55,912 nucleotides of DNA, taken from NCBI GenBank assembly GCA_051747085.1, contig JBNJFS010000002.1:1-55912 (forward strand), written 5' to 3'. The notes under the pieces are model-generated. The model had not been told where the DNA came from. It did not search any database and saw nothing but the letters and a program-made list of their open reading frames with translations. This stretch comes from Bacteroidota bacterium (GTDB lineage Bacteria; Bacteroidota; Bacteroidia; Bacteroidales; UBA12077). This document shows, piece after piece, positions 38,893 to 48,917 of the stretch (positions are counted from its first letter, which is position 1; every line of letters begins with the position of its first letter). The position numbers were made by a program, and so were the translations under genes.

Positions 38893-41001
38893 TTAAACAA
38901 ATTCGCTTTTTCCTTTTGTTTTCTCTACAATCTCTTTAGCTATTTCAGTAGGAACTTTTTCGTAATGAGAAAATTCCATAGATGAAGTAGCTCGTCCAGA
39001 ACTTATGGTTCTTAGAACTGTTACATAGCCAAACTTCTCGGCCAATGGAACTTTAGCTTTTATCACTCTTGCTCCACCTCTATTTTCCATTCCTTCTACT
39101 TTACCTCTTCGTCTGTTAAAGTCGCTAATGATATCTCCCATATATTCTTCCGGAGTAACCACTTCAGCAGCCATAATCGGTTCTAAAAGAACGGGTTTAG
39201 CTTTGGCACAAGCAGATTTAAAGGCCATTTTAGCTGCAATTTCAAAAGACAATGCATCAGAATCCACATCGTGATATGAACCATCAATTAATGTTACTTT
39301 CATACTATCAACGGGATAACCCGCTAATACGCCATTATACATTGCTTCTTTAAAACCTTTTTGAATTGCAGGTATATATTCTTTAGGAATATTTCCACCT
39401 TTTATTTTATCAATAAATTGAAGTTCTTTTGCATCTTCATCAGCAGGACCGATAATAACCTGTATATCTGCAAATTTTCCTCTACCACCGGATTGTTTTT
39501 TAAATACTTCGCGATGCTGAACTTCTTTGGTAATCGCTTCTTTATAATTAACCTGAGGTGCTCCCTGGTTACATTCAACTTTAAATTCGCGTACTAACCG
39601 ATCAAGGAGTATTTCCAAATGCAATTCTCCCATGCCGCTAATTACCGTTTGCCCTGAATCGTCATCTACTTTAACCGTAAATGTAGGATCCTCTTCGGCT
39701 AACTTCTGAAGGGCCAGGTTTAATTTATCGAGATCTTTTTGTGTTTTTGGTTCAACCGCAATTCCAATAACGGGTTCAGGAAACTCCATCGATTCTAAAG
39801 TAATCTGATGTTTTTCATTGCAAAGGGTATCACCGGTTCGTAAATCTTTAAATCCAACCGCAGCACAAATATCTCCTGCTTCGATAAAATCTTTTGGATT
39901 TTGTTTATTGGCATGCATTTGATATAAACGTGAAATACGTTCACGTTTTCCTGTTCTTACATTTAACACATAAGAACCGGCGTCTATTTTTCCTGAATAC
40001 ACTCTTAGAAAAGCCAACCTTCCAACATAAGGGTCGGTAGCTATCTTAAATGCCAATGCAGCTAATGGTTCATCAGCATCAGGTTTACGTTCAACGACCT
40101 CATCATTTTTAGGATTAACTCCTTTAATATTTCCAACATCTACCGGGCTCGGTAAAAATGCGATAATTGAATCAATTAAACGTTGAACGCCTTTATTTTT
40201 AAATGCTGATCCACAAAGCACGGGTGTAATAGTCATTTCAATCGTTGCTTTGCGAATAACAGCTAACATTTCCTCTTTGGTAATAGAATCCGGATCTTCA
40301 AAATATCTTTCCAGTAAGGCATCATCGTGTTCAGCAACAGCTTCAATCAATTTACCTCTCCATTCTTCGGCTTCTTCTTTTAACTCATCCGGTATTTCAA
40401 CCAATTCGTAGTTTGTTCCAAGTTTTTGATCCTCATGCCATACAACGGCTTTATTTTCAATAAGGTCAATGACCCCTCTGAAAGATTCTTCTGATCCAAT
40501 CGGTATTTGAAGAGGAACCGGATTTGATCCTAACTTTTCTTTAATCTGATTGACAACAGAAAAGAAATCTGCACCTGAACGGTCCATTTTATTTACAAAG
40601 GCCATTCTAGGAACATGATATTTATCGGCTTGTCTCCAAACAGTTTCAGATTGAGGTTCAACTCCTCCAACAGCACAAAATACAGCAATTGCACCGTCGA
40701 GTACACGCAATGATCGTTCTACTTCCACAGTAAAATCTACGTGTCCGGGAGTGTCAATTATATTGATTTTATATTCCTGATCTTTATACTTCCAAAAAGC
40801 AGTAGTTGCTGCAGAAGTAATCGTAATTCCACGCTCTTGCTCCTGCACCATCCAGTCCATGGTAGCAGCTCCATCATGCACTTCGCCTATACGATGTGTA
40901 ATACCAGTATAAAACAGAATACGTTCTGTTGTAGTGGTTTTACCGGCATCAATATGAGCCATGATCCCGATATTTCTGGTATTTTGCAAAGTTTTATTCA
41001 T
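38893..41001 (-). CDS. fusA: Elongation factor G (canonical)
   Basis: '[20 protein letters not shown]', '[10 protein letters not shown]', '[14 protein letters not shown]', 'NKMDR'; in the conserved rpsG-fusA-rpsJ position. Confidence 0.97.
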   Translation of the reverse strand: MNKTLQNTRNIGIMAHIDAGKTTTTERILFYTGITHRIGEVHDGAATMDWMVQEQERGITITSAATTAFWKYKDQEYKINIIDTPGHVDFTVEVERSLRVLDGAIAVFCAVGGVEPQSETVWRQADKYHVPRMAFVNKMDRSGADFFSVVNQIKEKLGSNPVPLQIPIGSEESFRGVIDLIENKAVVWHEDQKLGTNYELVEIPDELKEEAEEWRGKLIEAVAEHDDALLERYFEDPDSITKEEMLAVIRKATIEMTITPVLCGSAFKNKGVQRLIDSIIAFLPSPVDVGNIKGVNPKNDEVVERKPDADEPLAALAFKIATDPYVGRLAFLRVYSGKIDAGSYVLNVRTGKRERISRLYQMHANKQNPKDFIEAGDICAAVGFKDLRTGDTLCNEKHQITLESMEFPEPVIGIAVEPKTQKDLDKLNLALQKLAEEDPTFTVKVDDDSGQTVISGMGELHLEILLDRLVREFKVECNQGAPQVNYKEAITKEVQHREVFKKQSGGRGKFADIQVIIGPADEDAKELQFIDKIKGGNIPKEYIPAIQKGFKEAMYNGVLAGYPVDSMKVTLIDGSYHDVDSDALSFEIAAKMAFKSACAKAKPVLLEPIMAAEVVTPEEYMGDIISDFNRRRGKVEGMENRGGARVIKAKVPLAEKFGYVTVLRTISSGRATSSMEFSHYEKVPTEIAKEIVEKTKGKSEFV

Positions 41002-41032
41002 TTCTCCTTTTCTCTAACCCCTTTTACCCTGT

Positions 41033-41509
41033 TTAAAATCTAAAATGAGCGAATGCTTTATTGGCATCGGCCATTCTATGTGTTTCTTCTTTACGTTTAA
41101 ATGCTCCACCTTCTTCATTATGGGCAGCAATAATTTCCTGTGCTAATTTTTCAGCCATATTTCTCCCGCTACGCTGACGAGCAAATTTTATCAGATTCCT
41201 GATACTAATAGCTGTCTTTCTTTTGGGAGAAACTTCCATAGGAACCTGAAAAGTAGCACCACCAATACGCCTACTTTTAACCTCTACCATAGGCGTAACA
41301 TTTTCTAATGCTTTTTTCCAAATCTCCAAGGCAGACTTTTCTTTGTCCTTATTTTTTTCTGCAACGATATCCATTGCATCATAAAAAATATTCAACGCAA
41401 TATTTTTCTTACCATCCATCATCAGGTCGTTAACAAACCTGGTTACTAACGTATCATTATATTTTGGATCCGGTAATATTATCCTCTGTTTTGGTTTTGA
41501 CTTTCTCAT
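41033..41509 (-). CDS. rpsG: 30S ribosomal protein S7
   Basis: '[15 protein letters not shown]', '[16 protein letters not shown]'. Confidence 0.97.
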   Translation of the reverse strand: MRKSKPKQRIILPDPKYNDTLVTRFVNDLMMDGKKNIALNIFYDAMDIVAEKNKDKEKSALEIWKKALENVTPMVEVKSRRIGGATFQVPMEVSPKRKTAISIRNLIKFARQRSGRNMAEKLAQEIIAAHNEEGGAFKRKEETHRMADANKAFAHFRF

Positions 41510-41534
41510 TTCTTTCTAAACTGTTTGCGTTAGT

Positions 41535-41909
41535 TTATTTTTTTGGTCTTTTAGTTCCGTATTTTGAACGTCGTTGTGTTCTTCCTTCTACTCCGGAAGT
41601 ATCAAGAGCACCGCGAATAAGGTGGTAACGAACACCTGGCAGGTCTTTCACCCTACCTCCTCTAATTAAGACAATAGAGTGTTCCTGTAAATTATGACCC
41701 TCTCCCGGGATATAAGCATTTACTTCTTTACCATTGGTTAACCTAACCCTGGCAACTTTTCGCATAGCAGAGTTTGGCTTCTTTGGTGTTGTTGTATAAA
41801 CTCGGGTACAAACACCTCTTCTCTGTGGACATGCATCCAAAGCAGGAGCCTTCTTCTTCTCTACAATTTGCTTTCTTCCTTTTCTTACTAACTGCTGTAT
41901 TGTAGGCAT
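41535..41909 (-). CDS. rpsL: 30S ribosomal protein S12
   Basis: '[12 protein letters not shown]', '[17 protein letters not shown]', '[14 protein letters not shown]'. Confidence 0.97.
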   Translation of the reverse strand: MPTIQQLVRKGRKQIVEKKKAPALDACPQRRGVCTRVYTTTPKKPNSAMRKVARVRLTNGKEVNAYIPGEGHNLQEHSIVLIRGGRVKDLPGVRYHLIRGALDTSGVEGRTQRRSKYGTKRPKK

Positions 41910-41951
41910 ATAGTTAATTATTTAAATTAATTTTTTTACAAAATCGGTTCG

Positions 41952-41984
41952 CAAAGGTATTCTTTTTTTTTAAAAATCCACAAA
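41952..41984 (-). promoter_or_regulatory. Candidate Bacteroidota-type promoter for the rpsL operon
   Basis: The minus strand reads TTTG (41981..41984), a 21-nt spacer, then TACCTTTG (41952..41959), matching the -33 TTTG / -7 TAnnTTTG consensus. It sits about 43 nt upstream of the rpsL ATG. Confidence 0.35.
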
Positions 41985-42243
41985 ATATTTAAATTTATTT
42001 CTTAATTTTTAGATACTTCAGAAGATTTATCCAAATCACTAGAAATAACCTGTAAAATCTAAAATCCTTTGATTTTTATTGATTTAACCACACAAATTTA
42101 TTGTCGGAAAATGCCGCAAAATTAAAATCTTTTTTGATTAATCCCAAATGATTTGGAATTAAATTATTCAGACACTCTTATTTAGAAAGATATTAAAGAG
42201 TAAATAAAAATAATCAATCGCTTTATAATATTATACACCATCA

Positions 42244-42274
42244 CTTGTGTGTTGATAAAATTTTACTATTTTTG
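42244..42274 (+). promoter_or_regulatory. Candidate Bacteroidota-type promoter for the EF-G paralog
   Basis: CTTG (42244..42247), a 19-nt spacer, then TATTTTTG (42267..42274), about 80 nt upstream of the ATG at 42355. Confidence 0.3.
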
Positions 42275-42354
42275 AAGCCCGTTTATCTATCTTATAATAA
42301 ATGTGTTGTTTTTAAAAAGTTTATAATAATTATTCATTAAATCTTAAAATACAT

Positions 42355-44511
42355 ATGAAAACTTATCAAACGGATAAAATAAGGAATATCGCTTTGATTG
42401 GAAATGCGGGTTCGGGGAAAACAACCCTGGCCGAAGCGATGCTCTATGAAGGAGGAATAATTGAAAGAAAAGGAAGTATTGATGGACAAAACACGGCTTC
42501 TGACTATAATGAAATTGAACATGAAAACCTAAATTCAGTATTTTCCACTGTTTTATATACCGAATTTAATGATCATAAAGTTAATATTATTGATACTCCC
42601 GGAGCTGACGATTTTATTGGAGGGGTTATATCTTCATTTTATGCAGCGGATCAAGCTGTTATGTTAGTTAATGCTCAGCACGGAGTTGAGGTAGGTACCG
42701 AAATATTAAGCAGACATTGTGAAAAATATAATAAACCATTAATGTTTGTTTTAAATAAATTAGATCATGAGGGTGCAAATCATGAGAAAGCAATAGAATC
42801 ATTAAAAACAGCATTTGGAAATAAAATTGTAGTTATTCAGTATCCTCTTTCTACGGGTCCTGATTTTAATGCAATCATTGATGTTTTAACAATGAAAATG
42901 TACAAATTCAATGATAAGGGTGATAGAGAAGTTCTTGACATTCCTGCTGACCAAAAAGATACAGCCGAAGAATTACATAACGCCTTAGTTGAATCAGCCG
43001 CAGAAAATGATGAACAATTAATGGAACTGTTTTTTGAGAAAGGTTCGTTGGATGAGAATGAAATGAGAAAAGGCATCTTAGCAGGCTTAATTAGCAGAGG
43101 GATGTATCCTTTATTTTGTGCTTCTGCAGAAAAAAGTTATGGTATTAAAAGAATTCTGGAGTTTATTACGAATGTAGTGCCATCACCAAATATGATGCCT
43201 GTACCGGAAACTGCTGATGGAGAAAAAGTTGAATGCAAAGAAGATGGACCTACCGGTTTGTTTGTTTTTAAAACAGCCAATGAGTCGCATATTGGTGAAA
43301 TTAATTATTTTAAAGTTTTTTCCGGAAGCATTGCCGAAGGGATGGACTTAACAAACAACAACACATCTACAAAAGAAAGATTTTCTCAACTGTATGCCGT
43401 TGCCGGTAAAAACAGAACTAAAGTAGCCAAGATAGTTGCGGGCGATATTGGTGCTGCAGTGAAACTTAAAAACACCAAAACAAATCATACATTATCCGAT
43501 CCGAAGAAACCATTTAAGTTTCCTGAAATATCATTCCCTGAAGCAAAACACAGAACGGCAATTAAAACACTTAATGAGTCGGATGATGAAAAGTTAGGAG
43601 AAGCTTTAACCCGAATACATGAAATTGACCCAACCGTAAAAGTTGAATATTCGAAAGAATTAAAACAAATAATACTATACGGACAAGGTGAGTATCATTT
43701 AAATAATATGGTAAAATGGCATCTTGACAATATCTATAAAATTGAAACGGAATTTTATCCAACCAGAATACCCTATCGTGAAACAATTACCAAGGTTGCA
43801 GAATCGAGCTACCGACACAAAAAACAATCCGGAGGTTCTGGTCAGTTTGGTGAAGTACATATGGTTATAGAGCCTTACAAAGAAGGCATGCCGGATCCTA
43901 CCGTTTATAAAGTAGGCGGAAAAGAGATAAAAGTATCTGTAAGAAATAAAGAAGAACACGCATTACCATGGGGCGGAAAATTAATTTATTATAACTGTAT
44001 TGTTGGGGGAGCCATTGATGCACGTTTCTTACCTGCAATTTTAAAAGGTATTATGGAGAAAATGGAAGAAGGTCCGCTTACCGGTTCTTATGCTCGTGAT
44101 ATCAGAGTTGCTGTATATGATGGCAAAATGCACCCGGTTGATTCAAACGAGATTTCGTTTAAACTTGCCGGTCGGAATGCTTTTAAAGCAGCTTTTAAAA
44201 ATGCGGGTCCTAAAATTATGGAACCTATTTATGATATTGAAGTTCTTGTTCCATCAGACAGAATGGGTGATGTTATGAGTGATTTACAAGGCAGAAGAGC
44301 TATGATTGAAGGGATGAATAGTGATAAAGGGTTTGAGAAAATTAATGCAAAAGTTCCTTTAGCCGAGCTCAATAAATATTCTACTGCATTAAGTTCATTA
44401 ACCGGAGGTAGAGCAACCTATACCATGAAATTTGCAAAATATGAGCAAGTTCCAATGGATGTTCAGGAAAAATTAATGAAAGCTTTCGAAGAACAGGAAG
44501 AAGAAGAATAG
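42355..44511 (+). CDS. Elongation factor G paralog (EF-G2-like) lacking the switch-II catalytic histidine
   Basis: 718 aa with five-domain EF-G architecture: 'IALIGNAGSGKTTLAEAML', 'IIDTPGADDF', 'VLNKLD', 'HKKQSGGSGQFGEV', 'GRATYTMKFAKYEQVP'. Confidence 0.9.
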   Translation: MKTYQTDKIRNIALIGNAGSGKTTLAEAMLYEGGIIERKGSIDGQNTASDYNEIEHENLNSVFSTVLYTEFNDHKVNIIDTPGADDFIGGVISSFYAADQAVMLVNAQHGVEVGTEILSRHCEKYNKPLMFVLNKLDHEGANHEKAIESLKTAFGNKIVVIQYPLSTGPDFNAIIDVLTMKMYKFNDKGDREVLDIPADQKDTAEELHNALVESAAENDEQLMELFFEKGSLDENEMRKGILAGLISRGMYPLFCASAEKSYGIKRILEFITNVVPSPNMMPVPETADGEKVECKEDGPTGLFVFKTANESHIGEINYFKVFSGSIAEGMDLTNNNTSTKERFSQLYAVAGKNRTKVAKIVAGDIGAAVKLKNTKTNHTLSDPKKPFKFPEISFPEAKHRTAIKTLNESDDEKLGEALTRIHEIDPTVKVEYSKELKQIILYGQGEYHLNNMVKWHLDNIYKIETEFYPTRIPYRETITKVAESSYRHKKQSGGSGQFGEVHMVIEPYKEGMPDPTVYKVGGKEIKVSVRNKEEHALPWGGKLIYYNCIVGGAIDARFLPAILKGIMEKMEEGPLTGSYARDIRVAVYDGKMHPVDSNEISFKLAGRNAFKAAFKNAGPKIMEPIYDIEVLVPSDRMGDVMSDLQGRRAMIEGMNSDKGFEKINAKVPLAELNKYSTALSSLTGGRATYTMKFAKYEQVPMDVQEKLMKAFEEQEEEE

Positions 44512-44534
44512 TAATAATTCTTAGCATAAAAACA

Positions 44535-44569
44535 AAGAGCTGCCATTATTTTAGGCAGCTCTTTTTTGT
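44535..44569. terminator. Bidirectional rho-independent terminator between convergent genes
   Basis: Stem AAGAGCTGCC (44535..44544) / GGCAGCTCTT (44554..44563), flanked by an A-rich tract upstream and a T-run downstream. Confidence 0.75.
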
Positions 44570-44593
44570 TATCAATATATTTAATAACTCATT

Positions 44594-45994
44594 TTATCTA
44601 AACAATCGGATGATACCAAAAAAATTCCCTTCTGCACTTTCCCCGTCTTCACTCGCATCATTAACGCCGGTATAATTCAGGTTTTTGTTATTATAACTTT
44701 TTCTATCCCAACCAATAACCTCTACTACAAAAAAGTAATTCCCGTCGGGGGCTTCACGGTTGCTGTTTTTAACGGTACCATCCCAGCCTTCCCAATCACG
44801 GGCATCTCCTTCAAATTGATGAACAACCTGTCCTACCCTGTTAAATATCGTAATTTTAAAATCTCGAATCGATTTAAAATCGGTTAACTGATATACATCG
44901 TTAATATTATCATTATTTGGAGTAAAAACATTAGGAAATTCGATAGATGTAGGTTCAACAAATATTCCCACAAACATCGAGTCCCTGCATCCATAGCTGC
45001 TTTCACTCTTTAACCATGCGGTATATGTTTTCCCTGAATCCGGAGCAGTATAATAATAGGTATGTTCGGGCTGTAATGAAAGGTCTGTGGTAACAATTAC
45101 ATCTTCATCATTATCTATTAAAGTATCACCAAAAAAGTAAGTGTACTGATATCCATTTTCTGATAAATTTTCAAATCGCACTTTTAGTGGGGCTGCACCG
45201 GAAACAGATTCTTCACTGGTTTCCATAACCAACCCATCATCATCAATCGCCATAATTTTGAATTTGGCTTCGGTAGCAATGGCCGTATAATCAAGGTCAT
45301 CATCAGCCTCACAACCAAATCGATCGATGGTTAGTACCGAAAATACAGTGTTTTCGGTTGGTAGATTAGCATTATTGTCATCAGCCATACTGGTGAAAGG
45401 CCCGTTATAATTTCTCAAACTTTCCAGTTCTGGACTCGCTGTCCAGGTGTATTGTTCAACTTGGTTATTTAAGGTATACCATTCTGCTGAGTCTACATGA
45501 TAATATCTAAAAGGTGTTTCGAAAAACTGGTTGGTATGATAATACGGGTCAGTTGATAAAGCCAGGTAGTCACAATCACTATCCGGCTCTAAATTTAATT
45601 GAACGCTCCTATCATTGTTGTTATAAACCCAAGCTATGTATTTCTGCTCTTCAGCTCCTTTTGTTAAAACCACTTTATATCCTCCATCTTCCAAATCTGA
45701 TATACCTGAACTAGAAGAATCATTATTAATAGTATACTCTGTTAAAGCTATTGTAAAATCCAACGAATTCTCATCAAATTTAAACCATGTAAAATCAAAT
45801 CCTCCGGTCGATGTTGAATCATTAGCTATTAATTCTCCCGCATTTGTTAAATCTGTACAAAACACGAAAATTTTAATATTTTCATCAAAGGTTGTAGCTT
45901 CTGAAAATTCGGCATTTGAAGTAATTTGTGAAAATGCAGAAAAAGCTAAACCAACAAGTACCCATGTAAATAGAAATCGAAAAAATCTATACAT
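44594..45994 (-). CDS. Secreted protein with T9SS type-B (gliding-motility-associated) C-terminal sorting domain
   Basis: Signal peptide 'FLFTWVLVGLAFSAFSQ'. The C-terminus 'FPNVFTPNNDNINDVY...ITIFNRVGQVVHQFEG...WDGTVKNSNREAPDGNYFFVV' matches the CHU_C / type-B sorting domain pattern. Confidence 0.8.
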   Translation of the reverse strand: MYRFFRFLFTWVLVGLAFSAFSQITSNAEFSEATTFDENIKIFVFCTDLTNAGELIANDSTSTGGFDFTWFKFDENSLDFTIALTEYTINNDSSSSGISDLEDGGYKVVLTKGAEEQKYIAWVYNNNDRSVQLNLEPDSDCDYLALSTDPYYHTNQFFETPFRYYHVDSAEWYTLNNQVEQYTWTASPELESLRNYNGPFTSMADDNNANLPTENTVFSVLTIDRFGCEADDDLDYTAIATEAKFKIMAIDDDGLVMETSEESVSGAAPLKVRFENLSENGYQYTYFFGDTLIDNDEDVIVTTDLSLQPEHTYYYTAPDSGKTYTAWLKSESSYGCRDSMFVGIFVEPTSIEFPNVFTPNNDNINDVYQLTDFKSIRDFKITIFNRVGQVVHQFEGDARDWEGWDGTVKNSNREAPDGNYFFVVEVIGWDRKSYNNKNLNYTGVNDASEDGESAEGNFFGIIRLFR

Positions 45995-46220
45995 ATATAT
46001 AATATACCTTATAAAAACTACAATATTAACAATTATCTGCTAATAAAATTGTATGATATAAAATGTTTTTTTCGATTGGATCATCTCCTGTAGGTTAAAT
46101 TTATTATAAACATGCAGGCAGGGATTATTTTATACAAAAATACTTTATAGAAGTTTTGGTTAGCCGTGATTATGCCATTATTTTTACAGCTTGTAATTTT
46201 TCATCTCAAAAAAATATTTA

Positions 46221-48557
46221 ATGGGTTATAATTACTTAGATGATTTAAATGATGCACAGAAAAGTGCGGTAACAAATTATAAAGGTCCGTCGTTGGTAAT
46301 TGCCGGGGCAGGTTCCGGAAAAACACGCGTATTAACCTACCGGATAACGCATATCCTGGCACAAGGAATTCCTGCGTATCAAATTTTATCGTTAACATTT
46401 ACCAATAAGGCTGCTGCAGAGATGAAAAACAGAATTGCCACAATGATTGGAAAAGATGTGGCCAGGAATCTTTGGATGGGAACTTTTCACTCCATTTTTG
46501 CAAGAATTCTTAGAGCCGAAGCAGAAAAGCTGGGGTATACACCTAATTATACTATATATGATACGATTGACTCGAAAAATCTGGTGAAAAAAATTATTAA
46601 AGAATTAGGATTAGACGATAAAACTTACAAACCGGCTCAAGTTTATGGGCGCATATCCAGCGCAAAAAACAATCTGATTACAGCAAAAGCATACAACAGT
46701 AACCAACAAATCCTTATCCAGGATCAAAAAAGCAAGCGTCCGCGAATGGGTGAAATTTTTATGATCTACAGCAACAGATGTAAGAAAGCTGACGCAATGG
46801 ATTTTGATGATTTGTTGTTAAATACCAATATCCTTTTCAGGGATTTTCCTGATATCCTGGAGAAATACCAACATAAATTTAAATATATACTGGTAGATGA
46901 GTACCAGGACACCAATTTTGCACAATATTTAATCATTAAAAAACTGGCTGAAAAAACAAAAAATGTTTGTGTGGTTGGTGACGATGCCCAAAGTATATAT
47001 TCTTTTCGAGGAGCAAAAATTGAAAATATTCTAAATTTTAAAAATGATTATCCCGGATATAATTTATATAAACTGGAACAAAATTACCGTTCAACCAAAA
47101 TAATTGTTGATGCTGCAAACAGTCTGATTAAAAAAAATAAAGAACAGATTCCCAAAAAAGTTTATTCTAAAAATGATACCGGAGATAAGATAAAAGTAAT
47201 TGAAGCCGATACCGATAAAGACGAAGCCTATAAAATTGCAAGAATTATTGAAGATACTATCGCAGAGCGAGATTATGAATATAAAGATTTTGCCATTCTT
47301 TATCGGACAAATGCCCAATCGAGGAGTTTTGAGGAAGCATTCCGGAAATTTAATATCCCTTACAAAGTATATGGAAGTATCTCGTTCTACCAGCGTAAAG
47401 AGATAAAAGACCTGTTGGCGTATTTTCGACTGGCGGTTAATAAAAAAGATGATGAAGCTTTATTACGCATTATCAATTACCCAACCCGTGGAATCGGACA
47501 AACCACAATCACTAAAATCGACCACTTTGCCAAACAAAATGAGTTGAATATTTGGGATGTATTGCTGAATATAGAAAAAGTACAATCAGGTCTTAATGCG
47601 GGGACAAAAAATAAGTTAATACAATTCAGGACCTTAATAAACAATTTCTCGGAAAACATAAAAAGTTACGATGCTTTCGATGCTGCCACAGAAATAGCCA
47701 ATGAATCGGGCATCATGAAAGAGTTCAAAAATCCACAATCGCATGAGGAGCAAACCCGGCTGGAAAACCTCGAGGAACTGTTAAACGGTATAAAAGAGTA
47801 TGTCGACAGTAACGACAATCCGGATGTTTTCCCTTCACTGGATAAATTTATGGAGAATGTAGCTTTATTAACCAACCAGGATAATGAAAAAGAAGAAGAT
47901 TTTAATAAAGTTACGATAATGACGATTCACTCGGCGAAAGGACTTGAATTTAAACAGGTTTTTTTAGTCGGATTAGAAGAAGATCTGTTTCCTTCTCCGA
48001 TGTCATCGGGCACACAGAAAGAGCTTGAAGAGGAGCGCAGATTATTTTATGTAGCATTAACCAGAGCTGAAGAATCGGCCATCATATCTTTTGCCCACGA
48101 AAGGTATAAATGGGGAACACCAACCTTTTGCCGGCCCAGCCGGTTTATCCGAGAGGTTGATGAACAATACCTGGAATTACCCGATTCGTTTTATGAAGAA
48201 CCGCAAACCCCTTTTACCGGGGATGATGATATTTTTGAACACTCATCCAAACCACGATTTGAAAAAAGAAAACCCGGAATAAATGCTACAGTACCTCAAG
48301 CCAGTAAAAAATTACTAAAAATAAGCGAAGCCGGGAAAAAAGCTGCTGCCCAAACAGCAAATGATTTTACGCCTGATCATCCGGATTTAATAAAAGAGGG
48401 AATGATTGTACGCCACAGCAAGTTTGGGTTAGGCGAAATCCAAAAGATTGAAGGAAAAGAACCCAACAAAAAAGCAAAAGTACTGTTCGAGGTGGTTGGC
48501 GAAAAGCAACTCTTATTGAAATTTGCCAAATTAAAAATTATTGAGTCAGCCAATTAA
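46221..48557 (+). CDS. ATP-dependent DNA helicase, UvrD/PcrA/Rep family
   Basis: 'LNDAQKSAV', 'VIAGAGSGKTRVLTYRI', 'ILVDEYQDTN', 'VGDDAQSIYSFRGA', 'LEQNYRS', 'TIHSAKGLEF', 'YVALTRA', and a C-terminal 'RHSKFGLGEI' domain. Confidence 0.92.
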   Translation: MGYNYLDDLNDAQKSAVTNYKGPSLVIAGAGSGKTRVLTYRITHILAQGIPAYQILSLTFTNKAAAEMKNRIATMIGKDVARNLWMGTFHSIFARILRAEAEKLGYTPNYTIYDTIDSKNLVKKIIKELGLDDKTYKPAQVYGRISSAKNNLITAKAYNSNQQILIQDQKSKRPRMGEIFMIYSNRCKKADAMDFDDLLLNTNILFRDFPDILEKYQHKFKYILVDEYQDTNFAQYLIIKKLAEKTKNVCVVGDDAQSIYSFRGAKIENILNFKNDYPGYNLYKLEQNYRSTKIIVDAANSLIKKNKEQIPKKVYSKNDTGDKIKVIEADTDKDEAYKIARIIEDTIAERDYEYKDFAILYRTNAQSRSFEEAFRKFNIPYKVYGSISFYQRKEIKDLLAYFRLAVNKKDDEALLRIINYPTRGIGQTTITKIDHFAKQNELNIWDVLLNIEKVQSGLNAGTKNKLIQFRTLINNFSENIKSYDAFDAATEIANESGIMKEFKNPQSHEEQTRLENLEELLNGIKEYVDSNDNPDVFPSLDKFMENVALLTNQDNEKEEDFNKVTIMTIHSAKGLEFKQVFLVGLEEDLFPSPMSSGTQKELEEERRLFYVALTRAEESAIISFAHERYKWGTPTFCRPSRFIREVDEQYLELPDSFYEEPQTPFTGDDDIFEHSSKPRFEKRKPGINATVPQASKKLLKISEAGKKAAAQTANDFTPDHPDLIKEGMIVRHSKFGLGEIQKIEGKEPNKKAKVLFEVVGEKQLLLKFAKLKIIESAN

Positions 48558-48637
48558 ACTAACTGCCAGGAATTTCTTTCTTGATATGAAATTCTTCTTA
48601 TTGAAAAACAATTTTTATAGTAATAGATTTAATCTTA

Positions 48638-48662
48638 TTAATTCATTAATGTTATGAATTAA
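48638..48662 (+). terminator. Weak AT-only hairpin downstream of the helicase gene
   Basis: TTAATTCAT (48638..48646) / ATGAATTAA (48654..48662). No GC pairs and a poor T-run. Confidence 0.25.
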
Positions 48663-48719
48663 TTGGATAAAATCAGGCAATGTGTTTTATAACATACATC
48701 CGTTCGTCAAAAAATATGG

Positions 48720-48759
48720 TACGAAAAGTGTGAAATTTGATACGAAAAGTTCGAGATTT
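48720..48759 (+). repeat. Two direct repeats phased 21 bp apart (possible regulator binding site)
   Basis: TACGAAAAGTGTGAAATTT (48720..48738) and TACGAAAAGTTCGAGATTT (48741..48759), 16/19 identical, about 160 nt upstream of the 48918 start. Confidence 0.6.
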
Positions 48760-48917
48760 AGCACGGTTAGTTACAACTTATTCATTTTCAAGGCCTTTTG
48801 GTTTTTGTATATTTCAAAATACTGTTTTACTTTTAATTTTAGCTACAAATAAAGCTCTTAGGCGGAACCCGAAAAGCCTTGAAATGAGTAGGGATTAAAA
48901 ATTAAAATAAAAGAAAA

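Noticed and set aside
42337-42522. 61-aa minus-strand ORF across the EF-G paralog start.
   Set aside because: It overlaps the P-loop-coding region of a strongly supported plus-strand gene. The translation is hydrophobic junk typical of an antisense frame.
45636-46043. 135-aa plus-strand ORF overlapping the 5' part of the T9SS cargo gene.
   Set aside because: It is antisense to a gene with a clear signal peptide and a C-terminal sorting domain. The ORF runs through that gene's start into AT-rich spacer and has no recognisable features.
48720-48759. Considered whether the tandem repeats could be a minimal CRISPR array or an iteron cluster.
   Set aside because: There are only two units, with a 2-nt gap rather than spacers, no cas or rep genes, and the repeats are imperfect. 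I kept it as a possible protein-binding site, not a CRISPR array or iteron cluster.
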